From: Ranitomeya imitator | Lineage: Eukaryota | Length of the DNA stretch: 64,000 nt | Assembly (NCBI RefSeq): GCF_032444005.1 | Contig: NC_091283.1 | Span: 271,684,001 to 271,748,000, forward strand | Reading direction: 5' to 3' | Shown here: piece by piece, positions 13,659 to 26,046 of the stretch | How positions within the stretch are numbered: position 1 is the first letter of the stretch | Layout of the letters: the number at the start of each line of letters is the position of its first letter | Translations under genes and position numbers: made by a program | The notes under the pieces: model-generated | Told to the model about the DNA's origin: nothing | Seen by the model: only the letters and a program-made list of their open reading frames with translations | The model's database searches: none

Positions 13659-13873
13659 GAGTATGTGTCCACGTTCAGGATTGCATCAGGATTTGGTCAG
13701 GATTTTTCATCAGTATTTGTAGCCAAAACCAGGAGTGGAACAATTAGAGGAAAACTATAATAGAACCATATGCTCCACTTCTGTATTTATCACCCACTCC
13801 TGGTTTTGGCTACAAATACTGATGTAAAATACTGACCAAATCCTGATGCAATCCTGAACGTGGACACATACCC
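13659..13873. mobile_element. PIF/Harbinger-type foldback MITE
   Basis: Long TIRs G(A/G)GTATGTGTCCACGTTCAGG... with a TAA TSD on both sides. Confidence 0.85.
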
Positions 13874-14260
13874 TAAGTCTGAAAAATCGCATATGAGTGA
13901 CGTGTCCATGTGACGACTACTGGAACTTGCAGAGCTGAATCCTGACATCGCAGCTTCTGAATTCTCACAACGCATGCACTGCACACTACTAGGATTCTCC
14001 CTTGCCGGTGGACGGTCATGTCAGCACAAGTATGTGATTTGTAGACTTCTGACCACATTCTGACTAGATGTGCCCGGCCTCGCTCAGTTCATTTTCATTG
14101 ACGGAGGTCACGCATGTCTAGTCAGCACGTGATCGCATTAATGTAAATCCCCAGCATGAGAGAATCCTGACAGCGTGCAGTGTGCACTGTGAGAATTCAG
14201 AAGTCTGCAGTCAAAAAGAATGACTGCAGACTCATCACAAGCCTGGACATCCCCTTTAAA

Positions 14261-14595
14261 AGGGACTCTGTCACCTGAATTTGGAGGGAACAATTTTCAG
14301 CCATAGGGGTGGGGCTTTCGGGTGTTTGATTCACCCTTTCCTTACCCGCTGGCTGCATGCTGGCTGCAATATTGGATTGAAGCTCCTTCTCTGTCCTCCA
14401 TAGTACACGCCTGCGCAAGGCAAGATTGCAGATTGTGCAGGTACAGTATGTACTACGGAGGACAGAGAATGAGCTTCAATCCAATATTGCAGCCAGCATG
14501 CAGCCAGCGGGTAAGGAAAGGGTGAATCAAACACCCGAAAACCCCACCCCTATGGCTGAAAATTGTTCCCTCCAAATTCAGGTGACAGTGTCCCT
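14261..14595. mobile_element. T2/Kolobok-type foldback MITE
   Basis: ~140-bp inverted arms AGGGAC(T)CTGTCACCTGAATTTGGAGGG.../...CAGGTGACAGTGTCCCT, flanked by TTAA. Confidence 0.85.
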
Positions 14596-15019
14596 TTAAA
14601 TCTCCTAACATATATAAAAACATGAGAGTTAGCATCACAAATAACATTTACATCCAGGTACCTGATAGATGACGTCGCCTCTGGAGCCGTTCTCCTTTTC
14701 TTCATCTTGTCCAGATCCCATGATGAGTTTTCTCATCCACAGCCGTCTCTGCAGACTTCCATCTTCACCGCTCTTTTGCAGAAAGTCTCCACATGACGCC
14801 CTTAAAGATACAAGTGTCATTATAATGCTCCCAAATAAAAAATTGCCCCTCACTATATTGTCTGCACAAAGTATGACCCCCACACTGTCCCTCTTATGGT
14901 ACATACTCTTCACACTGTCCTCTCCTTTCTATACCAGTCCCCTCTTCACACTGTCCTCTCACACTGTGTCCCCCTTATAGGGCCCAGTATTTATACTCCA
15001 TATTTATACTCCATCCTCC

Positions 15020-15960
15020 CACACTGCGTTCATGCCTCCCCCATCCTCCCACCCTGCGTTCATGGCTCCCCCATCCTTCTCCCCTGCAAGCATGGCTCCC
15101 CCATCCTCCCACTCTGCGTTCATGGCTCCCCATCCTTCTCCCCTGCGTTCATGGCTCCCCCATCCTTCTCCCCTGCGTTCATGGCTCCCCCATCCTCCCA
15201 CTCTGCGTTCATGGCTCCCCCATCCTCCCACTCTGCGTTCATGGCTCCCCCATCCTCCCACTCTGCGTTCATGGCTCCCCATCCTTCTCCCCTGCGTTCA
15301 TGGCTCCCCCATCCTTCTCCCCTGCGTTCATGGCTCCCCCATCCTCCCACCCTGCGTTCATGGCTCCCCCATCCTTCTGCCCTGCGTTCATGGCTCCCCC
15401 ATCCTTCTCCCCTGCGTTCACGGCTCCCCCATCCTTCTCCCCTGCGTTCACGGCTCCCCCATCCTTCTCCCCTGAGTTCACGGCTCCCCCATCCTTCTCC
15501 CCTGTGTGCACGGCTCCCCATCCTTCTCCCCTGTGTGCACGGCTCCCCATCCTTCTCCCCTGTATGCACGGCTCCCCATCCTTCTCCCCTGTATGCACGA
15601 CTCCCCATCCTTCTCCCCTGTATGCACGGCTCTCCATCCTTCTCCCCTGTATGCACGACTCCCCATCCTTCTCCCCTGTATGCACGGCTCAGTCCCCATC
15701 CTTCTCCCCTGTATGCACGGCTCCCCATCCTTCTCCCCTGTATGCACGGCTCCCCATCCTTCTCCCCTGTATGCACGACTCCCCATCCTTCTCCCCTGTA
15801 TGCACGGCTCCCCATCCTTCTCCCCTGTATGCACGGCTCAGTCCCCATCCTTCTCCCCTGTATGCACGACTCCCCATCCTTCTCCCCTGTATGCACGGCT
15901 CCCCATCCTTCTCCCCTGTATGCATGGCTCCCCATCCTTCTCCCCTGTGTGCACGGCACC
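15020..15960. repeat. 29-30-bp pyrimidine-rich minisatellite
   Basis: Unit CATCCTTCTCCCCTGCGTTCATGGCTCCCC, drifting to CATCCTTCTCCCCTGTATGCACGGCTCCC. Confidence 0.95.
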
Positions 15961-17179
15961 CCACTTTTTTTCCCTGTCATACTTACCTCTCACCGACGCG
16001 CAGCACAGAACTTCCTGGCATCTCAGCGTCTTCCTTCCTGTCTTCAGCGGTCACATGGTAGCGCTAATTAAGGGTGATGAATATGCGCATATTCATCACC
16101 CTTAATGATCGGTACCATGTGACCGCTGAAGACAGGACGGCGCTGAGACGCAGTTGCAGCCACCGCTGGAGAAAGGTGAGTATTACGTCTTCAGGGAGGG
16201 AGGGAGGGGGGGCGGGAAGGAGGGAGGAGGGGGGGCGGGAAGGGGGGAGGGAGGAAGGGGGGCGGAAACTTGACCCCGGAGTTTTATAAAAAAAAAAAAA
16301 AAAAAAGAAAAAACCTAGCTCAAGGGCGCCCCCCCGCATCCCGCCGCCCTAGGCACGTGCCCTCAAGTGCCTAGTGGCAAATACGGCCCTGACTACTGCC
16401 AAGAGTATCAATGGTGTAAACAACTTCATGGAAGACTTCTGATCCTTAATGGAATTTTTTGGAGAACTTTTATTTCATTGATGAAAATTTGCGCCAAGCT
16501 CTTGGTAAAGCGGATAGTGCAATGAAATGAGACATCTGTATCTGTCCACCACCACCACCAAAATAACTGTATTACCTGAAGATACAGTTAGATCGGTGAT
16601 GAAATCCACCGCTAAATGAGTCAAAGGTCTACTAGGAACCACCAAAGGCTGGAAAGACCAAGAATGTTGAGCACGAGGGGTCTTAAAACACTCACACACA
16701 CCAACAACCTCCTTCTCAAATTCGGAACTGATACAAGCCATAACTAGAGATGAGCGAATATTACAATATTTGGTGCGGATTACGATCACCGAATTTGCAA
16801 TATTGGCCAAACATAACCGAACGCCATTCATGTCAATGTGAGGCAAAAACAAATGCATGCACAACATCTTATAACGGCCCCAAATGCTGCCAAAACACAT
16901 CAAATGAGGGACAGACACCAGGAAAGTGGCCTCAATTCACCCACAGTACAAATTTTAGCATGGCACTGCAGCAATCAGCCAGGCATGAGGTATCGGGGTC
17001 TGACAGAATTTACAGCTTTCAATTGAATGTCACAGTAAGACGAGGTGGGTGAAGGACCAGTGTAGGCCTCCTGTGCTGGGAGCCCTGATACCACATGCAA
17101 CAGCTCAACCTGCTTTCATGCTTTGCCACACTTAGGTGGCACAAATATCATATAAATTCTGTATACTACCATTGTCAGA

Positions 17180-17790
17180 AAAATCTAAGGATAGTAGTAC
17201 GGGTAGTTGAGTCCAAGCAAGTGGAAGCCTGACGGTCTTGGAGGCCTACTGCTACAGGCAACACGCATGGAGGAGAACCAACCAGGAATGTTCACATTTC
17301 CAAAAATTATTGGCAGATACCACAAAAGTGGCATCAATTTCATCTCAGTAGAAATAGTATAATAGGGAACGATAAGTCTTCCACTGCGCCCAACCCAGCA
17401 GATGGACACCTAACCAGGAGTGTTCACAGTTACACAAATGAGGGCCTTACACCACAGAAGTGTCATCAATTTCACCACAGTAGAAATAGTATGATGGGAC
17501 CTATAGGTCTTCCACTAACCCCAATCCAGCAGATAGACACCCAACCAGGAGTGTTCACATTTCCAAAAATTACTGGCAGACACCACCATAGTGGCATCAG
17601 TTTCACCACAGTAGAAATGGTATCATAGGGACTGACAGGTCTTCCACTGCATCCAATCCAGCAGATGGACACCCAACCAGGAGTGTTCACAATTAAAGAA
17701 ATGAGGGCCTTACACCACAGAACTGTCATCAATTTCACCACAGTATAGATAGTATAATAGAGACCGACAGGTCTTCCACTACACTATACG
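17180..17790. repeat. ~131-bp tandem repeat, two alternating subunit types
   Basis: CCAGGA(A/G)TGTTCAC recurs at ~17282, 17413, 17545 and 17676. It is followed alternately by ATTTCCAAAAATT and by A(G/A)TTA...ATGAGGGCCTTAC. Confidence 0.85.
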
Positions 17791-17799
17791 GGGATCATA

Positions 17800-20700
17800 T
17801 CGCAGATAGTGCAGCAAGAAGGCACTCATATGTCGAGCTCTACCATGAGGTTCAAGAACATGCTGTGTTGGTGGCTGGGTAACAATGAGGCTCGTTTCCT
17901 CCATCCCCTCCTGCCAACCACGAACAACAGAGAGGGGAGGATTATCCTCTTCATCCGTGAGTTGGTTTCCCATCACCTCTTCTTCATTTGTTCCTCGGAT
18001 CTTGCACCTTTCGATAACAGTTTGTCTGTTATCACCAGCCCCCCTCGATCACAGTAATTCATCTTCCCTTAGCACCTGCCTGTGTGTCGACAGTCTTGAA
18101 CTTAGAGACAATGTTATCCCTTCCACATCCTCCTCTGCTTCCTCCTCTTCTTCTGGGACCACCCGCAGGCTTTTCAAAGTCTGCTCTGGCATATACCTTG
18201 TAGATGACCAGAATATTGATGCTGATGACGGTGGCATCAGCGCTAACCATCTTAGTAGCCATTTCAAAATTGTGCAGAAGGGTGCAGAGGTCCTTAACCC
18301 CTTACCGACCTCCGCCGTACTCCTTGAGCCCACTTCAAAGCCGGGACATGTCAGCTGTTTTGAACAGCTGACATGTGCCCACAGTAGCGGCGGGTGAAAT
18401 CGCGATTCACCCGCCGCTATTAACTAGTTAAATGCCGCTGTCAAATGCTGACAACGGCATTTAACCAGCGCTTCCGGCCACGCGGCCGGAAATGAGCGCA
18501 TCGCCGATCCCCTTCACATGATCGGCGGTCAGCGATGCGTCGGCATAGCAACCAGAGGTCTCCTTGAGACCTCTATGGTTGCTGATGTCGGATTGCTGTG
18601 AGTGCCACCCTGTGGTCGGCGCTCATACCAAGCCTGTAATTCAGCTACATATTAGCGATCTGAGCATTGCTCCTATGTAGCAGAGCCGATCAGGCTATGC
18701 CAGCTTCTAGTCTCTCATGGAGGCTATTGAAGCATGGCAAAAGTAAAAAAAAAAAGTTTAAAAAAATATGAAAAAAATTAAAAATATATCAAAGATTAAA
18801 TCCCCCCCCCTTTTGCCCCATTCAAAATAAAACAATAAAAAAATCAAACCTACACAGATTTGGTATCGCCGTGTTCAGAATCGCCCGATCTATCAATAAA
18901 AAAAAGCATTAACCTGATCGCTAAACAGCCTAGTGAGAAAAAAATTTGAAACGCCAGAAATACGTTTTTTTGGTTGCCGCGACATTGCATTAAAATGTAA
19001 TAACGGGCAATCAAAAGAATGTATCTGCACCAAAATGGTATAATTAAAAACATCATCTTGGCACACAAAAAATAAGCCCTCACCCCACCCCAGATCACGA
19101 AAAATGGGATGCTACGGGTATCGGAAAATTGCGCAATTTTGTTTTGTTTTGTTTTTTTAACAAAGTTTGGAATTTTTTTTACCACTTAGATAAAATGTAA
19201 CCTAGACATGTTTGGTGTCTATGAACTCGTAATGACCTGGAGAATCATAATGGCAGGTCAGTTTTAGCATTTAGTGAACCTAGCAAAAAAGCCAAACAAA
19301 AAACAAGTGTGGGATTGCACTTTTTTTTGCAATTTCACCGCACTTGGAATTTTTTTTCCCATTTTCTAGTACACAACATGCTAAACCCAATGATGTCGTT
19401 GAAAAGTGCAACTTGTCCCGCAAAAAACAAGCCCTCACATGGCCATATTGAGGGAAAAATAAAAAAGTTATGGCTCTGGGAAGGAGGGGAGCGAAAAACG
19501 AGAACGCCCACTCTGTAAACGTGATATGCGCCACGTCCGGACTGCATTGGCCCAGGTTATACGACATGACATGCATCAGGGCTTGTTGCTGCTGCCACAG
19601 TCGCTGCAACATGTGCAGAGTTGAATTCCACCATGTTGGCACATCGCATATCAACCTCTTAACTGGCATGGACAAAGTCCTCTGTATTGATGCAACTTGA
19701 TGACCTGAGGGGTGCAAATGGCGGAAATGAGCACACAGCTTACAAGCTTTCTGGAGCAGCTCACCCAAGCCAGGATATTGGCGGAGAAAATGCTGTACCA
19801 CCAAGTTGAGAGCGTGAGCCATGCAAGGCACGTGTGTGAGCTTGCCTTGCCGTAGGGCCGCTACCAGGTTCGCACCATTATCGGGCATGGCCTTCCCTGG
19901 ATGCAGGTTCAGCGGAGACAGCCATTGATCAAACTCAGCCTGGAGAGCTGACTGCGATCTCCAAGGCATATCACTTTTAATGCTGCCTGACTGCATTGAG
20001 CCCTGGCTGCACAGTACAGAGGTGGTGGGGATTCACTCAGCATGTGCCTCATTAAGGAAGAGGCTGAGGGTGCAGGTGAGGGTCCTAGAGGAGATAGAGG
20101 AGGCAGAAGCAGCGGAGGAAGTGATAAATAAATGTAGAGGTTTGTCCTGCAAGCCTTGAGGATTCCAAGACCTGTGGAGCAGCACCTGCCCCCACAGCCG
20201 CCAGAGTCACCCAGTCTCCAGTCAGCGAGATGTAACGCCCTTGGCCATGCTTACTCGTCCAAGTGTCTGTGGTGAAATGCACCCTGGCAGAGATTTTGTC
20301 AAGGAATGGGTGATGTTGTCTGCAACATGCTGGTGGAGCGCAGGCACAGCTTTCTTAGAAAAGTAATGGCGACTGGCCAATTGGTACTGGGATACTGTGA
20401 CGGCCGTCAGCCTTTCAGAAACAGTCTGTATCTTCCAGGCGGAAAGGCAGCATTTCTGTAGCTAACAGATTGGAGATGGTGGAGTTCAACCTCTTATCTT
20501 TGTTATGCGTAGGAGGAAACAATCTTTTACGTGACCACAACTGTGGAACCGTGGGCTGGCTGCAGTGCTGTGAGAGGGAGGAGTACAGTGAAACTGCTGG
20601 ACCATGAGAGATGTGCATCATCATGTGGTGTGATCATTCCCTGAGATCAGTCACAAACAACAGGCATGTACGCTTCCATTACAGCTGACGGCGGGCTCTC

Positions 20701-21915
20701 AGTCAGCGTGACTGGAGCGGGTAAAAAACCAGAGGTTCTGTGGTTGAAGACCTGCGTCTCAATAGTTGGCACGGTAACAGAGGAGGAGGAAGAAGCGGCA
20801 GATGCAATTGATTGAGCGACTGACGGTTGTTGAGGTCCGCTGGTCCGCATTTTTGCGCTGTGGGATTCCCACAGTAAAGCATGTTGATTGTGCATGTGAA
20901 GGTCCATGCATGTAGTTGACAAATTATTGCACTTTTTTCCTCCACTCAGTTTTTTTTCGCGGTTGGCAGATTACATGAGTTGGCTCATCTTTTGCAGTGT
21001 CAAAAAAGGCCCAAGCTAGGCAACCCTTGCCACCCCTACGAGCTGCAGACCCGCGGACGCTGCTGGTCACAGGCACAGTTGTGGCTGAGGAACCATTGCT
21101 CGTCGTGGCTACCTCACTGTCTGCGACGTATGGCACAACATAACCTCCTTGTTTTCCTCCTCAGATGATCTACTCAGCTGTTTGCCTCTATGTTCACACC
21201 AACTGGGATCTAACACCTCATCATCATCATCATCCTCTGTGTTATCACATTCCTCACCCTTGGAGTCACCCTTCTCCTCTTCTTGACTTGACAGCACAGT
21301 ACAGTTCGCGTGAGCCTCAGATATCTGTGCCTCATCAGGATCACCTCCCCCCAGGTGTTAACGTCTGATGACGAGGGTCAGGATGGTGTTCGGTCCCTAC
21401 TTCATTCTGCCCCGGATCCAAGCTAAAAAAAATTTGGGCATTGGTGCAGATTTCCTCCTCTTGACTCTGTGAAGCTTTTGAGTACACTTCTGATGACCAT
21501 GGCATAGAATGTGTGAACAGCACTTGAGACTCCCCCATCTGTGGTTCTGTACAGTCAGTTGTATGGTTGGAGAGTTGGGACACAGGCGGAAGCAAGGGGA
21601 ATTTGTGTGCCACCTCTGTGGACTGTACTGGGTGTGATGTTGGGGTGGAAGAAGAGGAGGAGAGGCCACTTAAAGCTGCACCTGCCATCCACTCGAGCAC
21701 ATGGTCTTTCTGGGCATCATCGACAACGTGTACCACTGTGCATCTGCCAAAGAAAGGTTGTGGAGAAGCCCATCCAGTATCAGAAGTCAGTTGTCTTTGC
21801 ATAGGATGTGAGGTTGTTCACTAGCACTTTCACAAACATTACCACCTACCCCAAGTACACCTTGAACACCAAGCTTAATTCCCCTTCCACGACTACCTCG
21901 CTTTTTCCCTGTCAT
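17800..21915 (-). pseudogene. hAT transposase pseudogene (BED finger + DDE core)
   Basis: ATG at 21915 (MTGKKRGSRGRG). Motifs: BED-type WAFFDTAKDEPTHVICQ, HFTTDTWTS, DNGANLVAAL...HVPCMAHALNLVVQ, DVPTWWNSTLHML and KDLCTLLHNFEMATKMVSAD. Many frameshifts. Confidence 0.9.
18298..19504. mobile_element. One-ended TTAA-targeting (piggyBac-like) non-autonomous element
   Basis: Starts TTAA|CCCCTTA and has internal hairpins. It interrupts the hAT transposase between ...EWA and KDLC. The second end is missing. Confidence 0.6.
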
Positions 21916-22102
21916 GTTGCTCAGATAGTGTGGTAGGAGCACAGTATTAGCAACAAAAAATTGATTTTAAACTCTGCATCACCTCTGCAAAAAGCTGAAT
22001 TTCAGCGACCTTAAATTCCAAGTTGAAATATGGCATGCTGTATCGTGTTAGTCACAGAAAGAAGAATTATTTGAGTGTGGATGAGGCCTGTTATGCTACA
22101 AA

Positions 22103-23992
22103 TAGTGTTGAGCATTCCGATACCGCAAGTATCGGGTATCGGCCGATACTTGCGGTATCGGAATTCCGATACCGAGATCCGATACTTTTGTGGTATCGGG
22201 TATCGGTATCGGATACATAGAGATGTGTAAAATAAAGAATTAAAATAAAAAATATTGATATATTTACCTCTCCGGTGGCCCCTGGACTCAGCGCGGGTAA
22301 CCGGCAGGCTTCGTTGTTCAAAATCAGCGCTTTTAGGACCTGAGAATCACGTCCCGGCTTCTGATTGGTCGCGGGCCGCCCATGTGACCGCCACGCGACC
22401 AATCACAAGCCGCGACGTCACCGCAAGCTATTAGCGCGCTCATTTTTGAAAATGAGCGCGTTAATGGCTTTCAAAGACGTAGCGGCTTGTGATTGGTCGC
22501 GTGGCCGCGACCAATCACAAGCCGCGACGTCACCGCAAGCTATTAACGCGCTCATTTTTAAAAATGAGCGCGTTAATGGCTTTCAAAGACGTAGCGGCTT
22601 GTGATTGGTCGCGTGGCCGCGACCAATCACAAGCCGCGACGTCACCGCAAGCTATTAACGCGCTCATTTTTAAAAATGAGCGCGTTAATGGCTTTCAAAG
22701 ACGTAGCGGCTTGTGATTGGTCGCGTGGCCGCGACCAATCACAAGCCGCGACGTCACCGCAAGCTATTAACGCGCTCATTTTTAAAAATGAGCGCGTTAA
22801 TGGCTTTCAAAGACGTAGCGGCTTGTGATTGGTCGCGTGGCCGCGACCAATCACAAGCCGCGACGTCACCGCAAGCTATTAACGCGCTCATTTTTAAAAA
22901 TGAGCGCGTTAATGACTTTCAAAGACGTAGCGGCTTGTGATTGGTCGCGGCCGCGACCAATCACAAGCCGCTACGTCTTTGAAAGTCATTAACGCGCTCA
23001 TTTTTAAAAATGAGCGCGTTAATAGCTTGCGGTGACGTCGCGGCTTGTGATTGGTCGCGTGGCCGCGACCAATCACAAGCCGCTACGTCTTTGAAAGCCA
23101 TTAACGCGCTCATTTTTGAAAATGAGCGCGTTAATAGCTTGCGGTGACGTCGCGGCTTGTGATTGGTCGCGTGGCCGCGACCAATCACAAGCCGCTACGT
23201 CTTTGAAAGCCATTAACGCGCTCATTTTTAAAAATGAGCGCGTTAATAGCTTGCGGTGACGTCGCGGCTTGTGATTGGTCGCGTGGCCGCGACCAATCAC
23301 AAGCCGCTACGTCTTTGAAAGTCATTAACGCGCTCATTTTTAAAAATGAGCGCGTTAATAGCTTGCGGTGACGTCGCGGCTTGTGATTGGTCGCGGCCAC
23401 GCGACCAATCACAAGCCGCTACGTCTTTGAAAGCCATTAACGCGCTCATTTTTAAAAATGAGCGCGTTAATAGCTTGCGGTGACGTCGCGGCTTGTGATT
23501 GGTCGCGTGGCCGCGACCAATCACAAGCCGCTACGTCTTTGAAAGCCATTAACGCGCTCATTTTTAAAAATGAGCGCGCTAATAGCTTGCGGTGACGTCG
23601 CGGCTTGTGATTGGTCGCGTGGCGGTCACATGGGCGGCCCGCGACCAATCAGAAGCCGGGACGTGATTCTCAGGTCCTAAAAGCGCTGATTTTGAACAAA
23701 GAAGCCTGCCGGTTACCTGCGCTGAGTTCAGGGGCCGCCGGAGAGGTAAATATATCAATATTTTTTATTTTAATTCTTTATTTTACACATCCCTATGGAT
23801 CCCAGGGCCTGAAGGAGAGTTTCCTCTCCTTCAGACCCTGGGAACCATGAGAATACCTTCCGATACTTGATGTCCCATTGACTTGTATTGGTATCGGATA
23901 TCGGTATCGGCGATATCCGATATTTTTCGGGTATCGGCCGATACTATCCGATACCGATACTTTCAAGTATCGGACGGTATCGCTCAACACTA
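22103..23992. mobile_element. hAT-type foldback element with internal palindromic array
   Basis: TIRs TAGTGTTGAGC...GCTCAACACTA and a perfect 8-bp TSD GCTACAAA (22095-22102, 23993-24000). The arms are inverted repeats. Confidence 0.95.
22386..23622. repeat. 112-bp hairpin-unit array: 5 units forward, 6 inverted
   Basis: The ORF track repeats every 112 bp and switches strand. The inversion centre is at 22950/22951 (GTCGCGG|CCGCGAC). Confidence 0.95.
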
Positions 23993-25408
23993 GCTACAAA
24001 CAATTTGAAAGTCAGGTCCCCTACTGTATGACACTAGGAACAGAAGATTTTTTTGTGGCCTCTGTATCAGGCCTGTATAACACACTAGATGCTACAAACT
24101 ATTTGAAAGTCAGGTCTCCTACTGTATTACGCTAGGAACTGAAGGATTTTTTGTGGCCTCTGTATCAGGCCTTTATAACACACTAGATGCTACAAACATG
24201 ACTGCGTATTCCAAGATGGGACCTCCGATATACCAGGCCTCTCTTACCACATTGATCCTTATACTCTCCCACTAATTAATACTCCCTAAATTAAAAACAC
24301 AACACTTATTTCTTTTGGATAATTTTGGCCACAGCGGCCATTTTATTAAATAACAAACATAAAAAACCATTTATACATTTGTATAAAAACTTGAGGGGAG
24401 GGTTCTTGGAGCTAATAAATCTGGCACCTAATAGGCAAAGCCCAAAACCAACATGTAAAAACCCCTTCTTTACCCCCAGCCGTAACCACCAGCTCGAGGG
24501 CACCATGTAACCCGTTTACCGGGCAAACCAACCCCAAAGCTCCCGAGGTCAAATCCCCGTCCAGAGCCAGTAAACCAAAGCCAGATCAGCCCCATGAAAC
24601 CAACTCCAAGAACCCCGCCCCCCGCCAACCAGCCACTGTGACAACAATGCAATATAAACCCTTACAAAAACATATTTTTTAACCCCAAATCCCCAACTAT
24701 TCCCTCATTATGGACCAAAAACAAGGGAGGGTGGGAGGGCTTCTCAGGTCAGATATTCCAGCAGTAATGGCCCCTTTCCCGCACTTTTCCATGACCCGCC
24801 CCCCCCCCACTAGACCACCCCTCTACTCCTCCCCATCTCCAGAACCAATCCCTTCTCCCAGCATTCACATTTAAAAATTGCTCTCCTGCGTTCCCTTGGC
24901 AACGCAGTCATGGGGGGCTTTCCTTAACTCCGTTCCTCCAGCCCCCCCTCTTGACTGCGTATTCCAAGATGGGACCTCCGATATACCAGGCCTCTCTTAC
25001 CACATTGATCCTTATACTCTCCCACTAATTAATACCCCCTAAATTAAAAACACAACACTTATTTCTTTTGGATAATTTTGGCCACAGCGGCCATTTTATT
25101 AAATAACAAACATAAAAAACCATTTATACATTTGTATAAAAACTTGAGGGGAGGGTTCTTGGAGCTAATAAATCTGGCACCTAATAGGCAAAGCCCAAAA
25201 CCAACATGTAAAAACCCCTTCTTTACCCCCAGCCGTAACCACCAGCTCGAGGGCACCATGTAACCCGTTTACCGGGCAAACCAACCCCAAAGCTCCCGAG
25301 GTCAAATCCCCGTCCAGAGCCAGTAAACCAAAGCCAGATCAGCCCCATGAAACCAACTCCAAGAACCCCGCCCCCCGCCAACCACGAGCAGCACTGAACA
25401 CCTCAGGC

Positions 25409-26038
25409 TCACGAGTGCCCCACCACCGCCATGGCCCTCTCCACTCCTTCTTGTATTGCCAACATCCACAAATCCAAGCCAATATCGTTCAAATGAACGC
25501 CATCGCTCCTCCAGTAATTTCCAACACCAGCTTCCAACTCAAAATGGCGAACCGCCATCCCCCCGTTACGAGAAACAAAACTCGCCACAGCCCTGTTTAG
25601 CTTCACCAGAGCCCTATTGATACCCTTCATAGAGCGTGCTGCCCTCCACGATTTTCTGGGCACAATGTCGGACCACACCGTAACCATCCCTGGGAAGGAT
25701 ACCCACAATCGCAATAGATCGTACCGTATATCCCGAATTAGTTCTCTCACCGGCTTAGACCCCAAATCATTACCACCCAAATGCACAACAACAATATCCG
25801 GAGAACGATCCAAACTAACCGATCGAGAAAATTCGGTCAAAAACCCGCGCCAGGACATGCCCCGAAAACCCAACCAACGGACCACCACCGCCTCCCTCTG
25901 AAATCCCAATTGCCTACCATCGTGTCTAACATCAGCACGAATCGCCCCCCAATGCACGAAAGAATGGCCGAAAATCCACGCCAGAAGTGGGGTCCGCCCT
26001 GCAAAAATACAACAATGATTAATACCCCCACTAAACAA
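25409..26038 (-). CDS. SGNH/GDSL-type hydrolase of the Ngaro element
   Basis: Block I WIFGHSF, block II LGFRG, block III HLGGND and block V SDGVHLN are all present. Confidence 0.85.
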   Translation of the reverse strand: MFSGGINHCCIFAGRTPLLAWIFGHSFVHWGAIRADVRHDGRQLGFQREAVVVRWLGFRGMSWRGFLTEFSRSVSLDRSPDIVVVHLGGNDLGSKPVRELIRDIRYDLLRLWVSFPGMVTVWSDIVPRKSWRAARSMKGINRALVKLNRAVASFVSRNGGMAVRHFELEAGVGNYWRSDGVHLNDIGLDLWMLAIQEGVERAMAVVGHS

Positions 26039-26046
26039 ATAACAAA

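Larger units (their letters stand above)
12862..16391. mobile_element. Non-autonomous hAT-type element, 3.5 kb
   Basis: 13-bp TIR CAGGGCCGTATTT...AAATACGGCCCTG and a perfect 8-bp TSD ACTACTGC (12854-12861, 16392-16399). No transposase visible. Confidence 0.9.

Noticed and set aside
14896-16105. Long Pro/His/Ser-rich ORFs (up to 391 aa) on both strands
   Set aside because: They arise from a stop-free 29-30-bp minisatellite and have no domain content.
22365-23648. Repeated 75-aa ORFs, and a superficial CRISPR-like regularity
   Set aside because: These are identical tandem units with no unique spacers and no cas genes, inside a eukaryotic TIR element.
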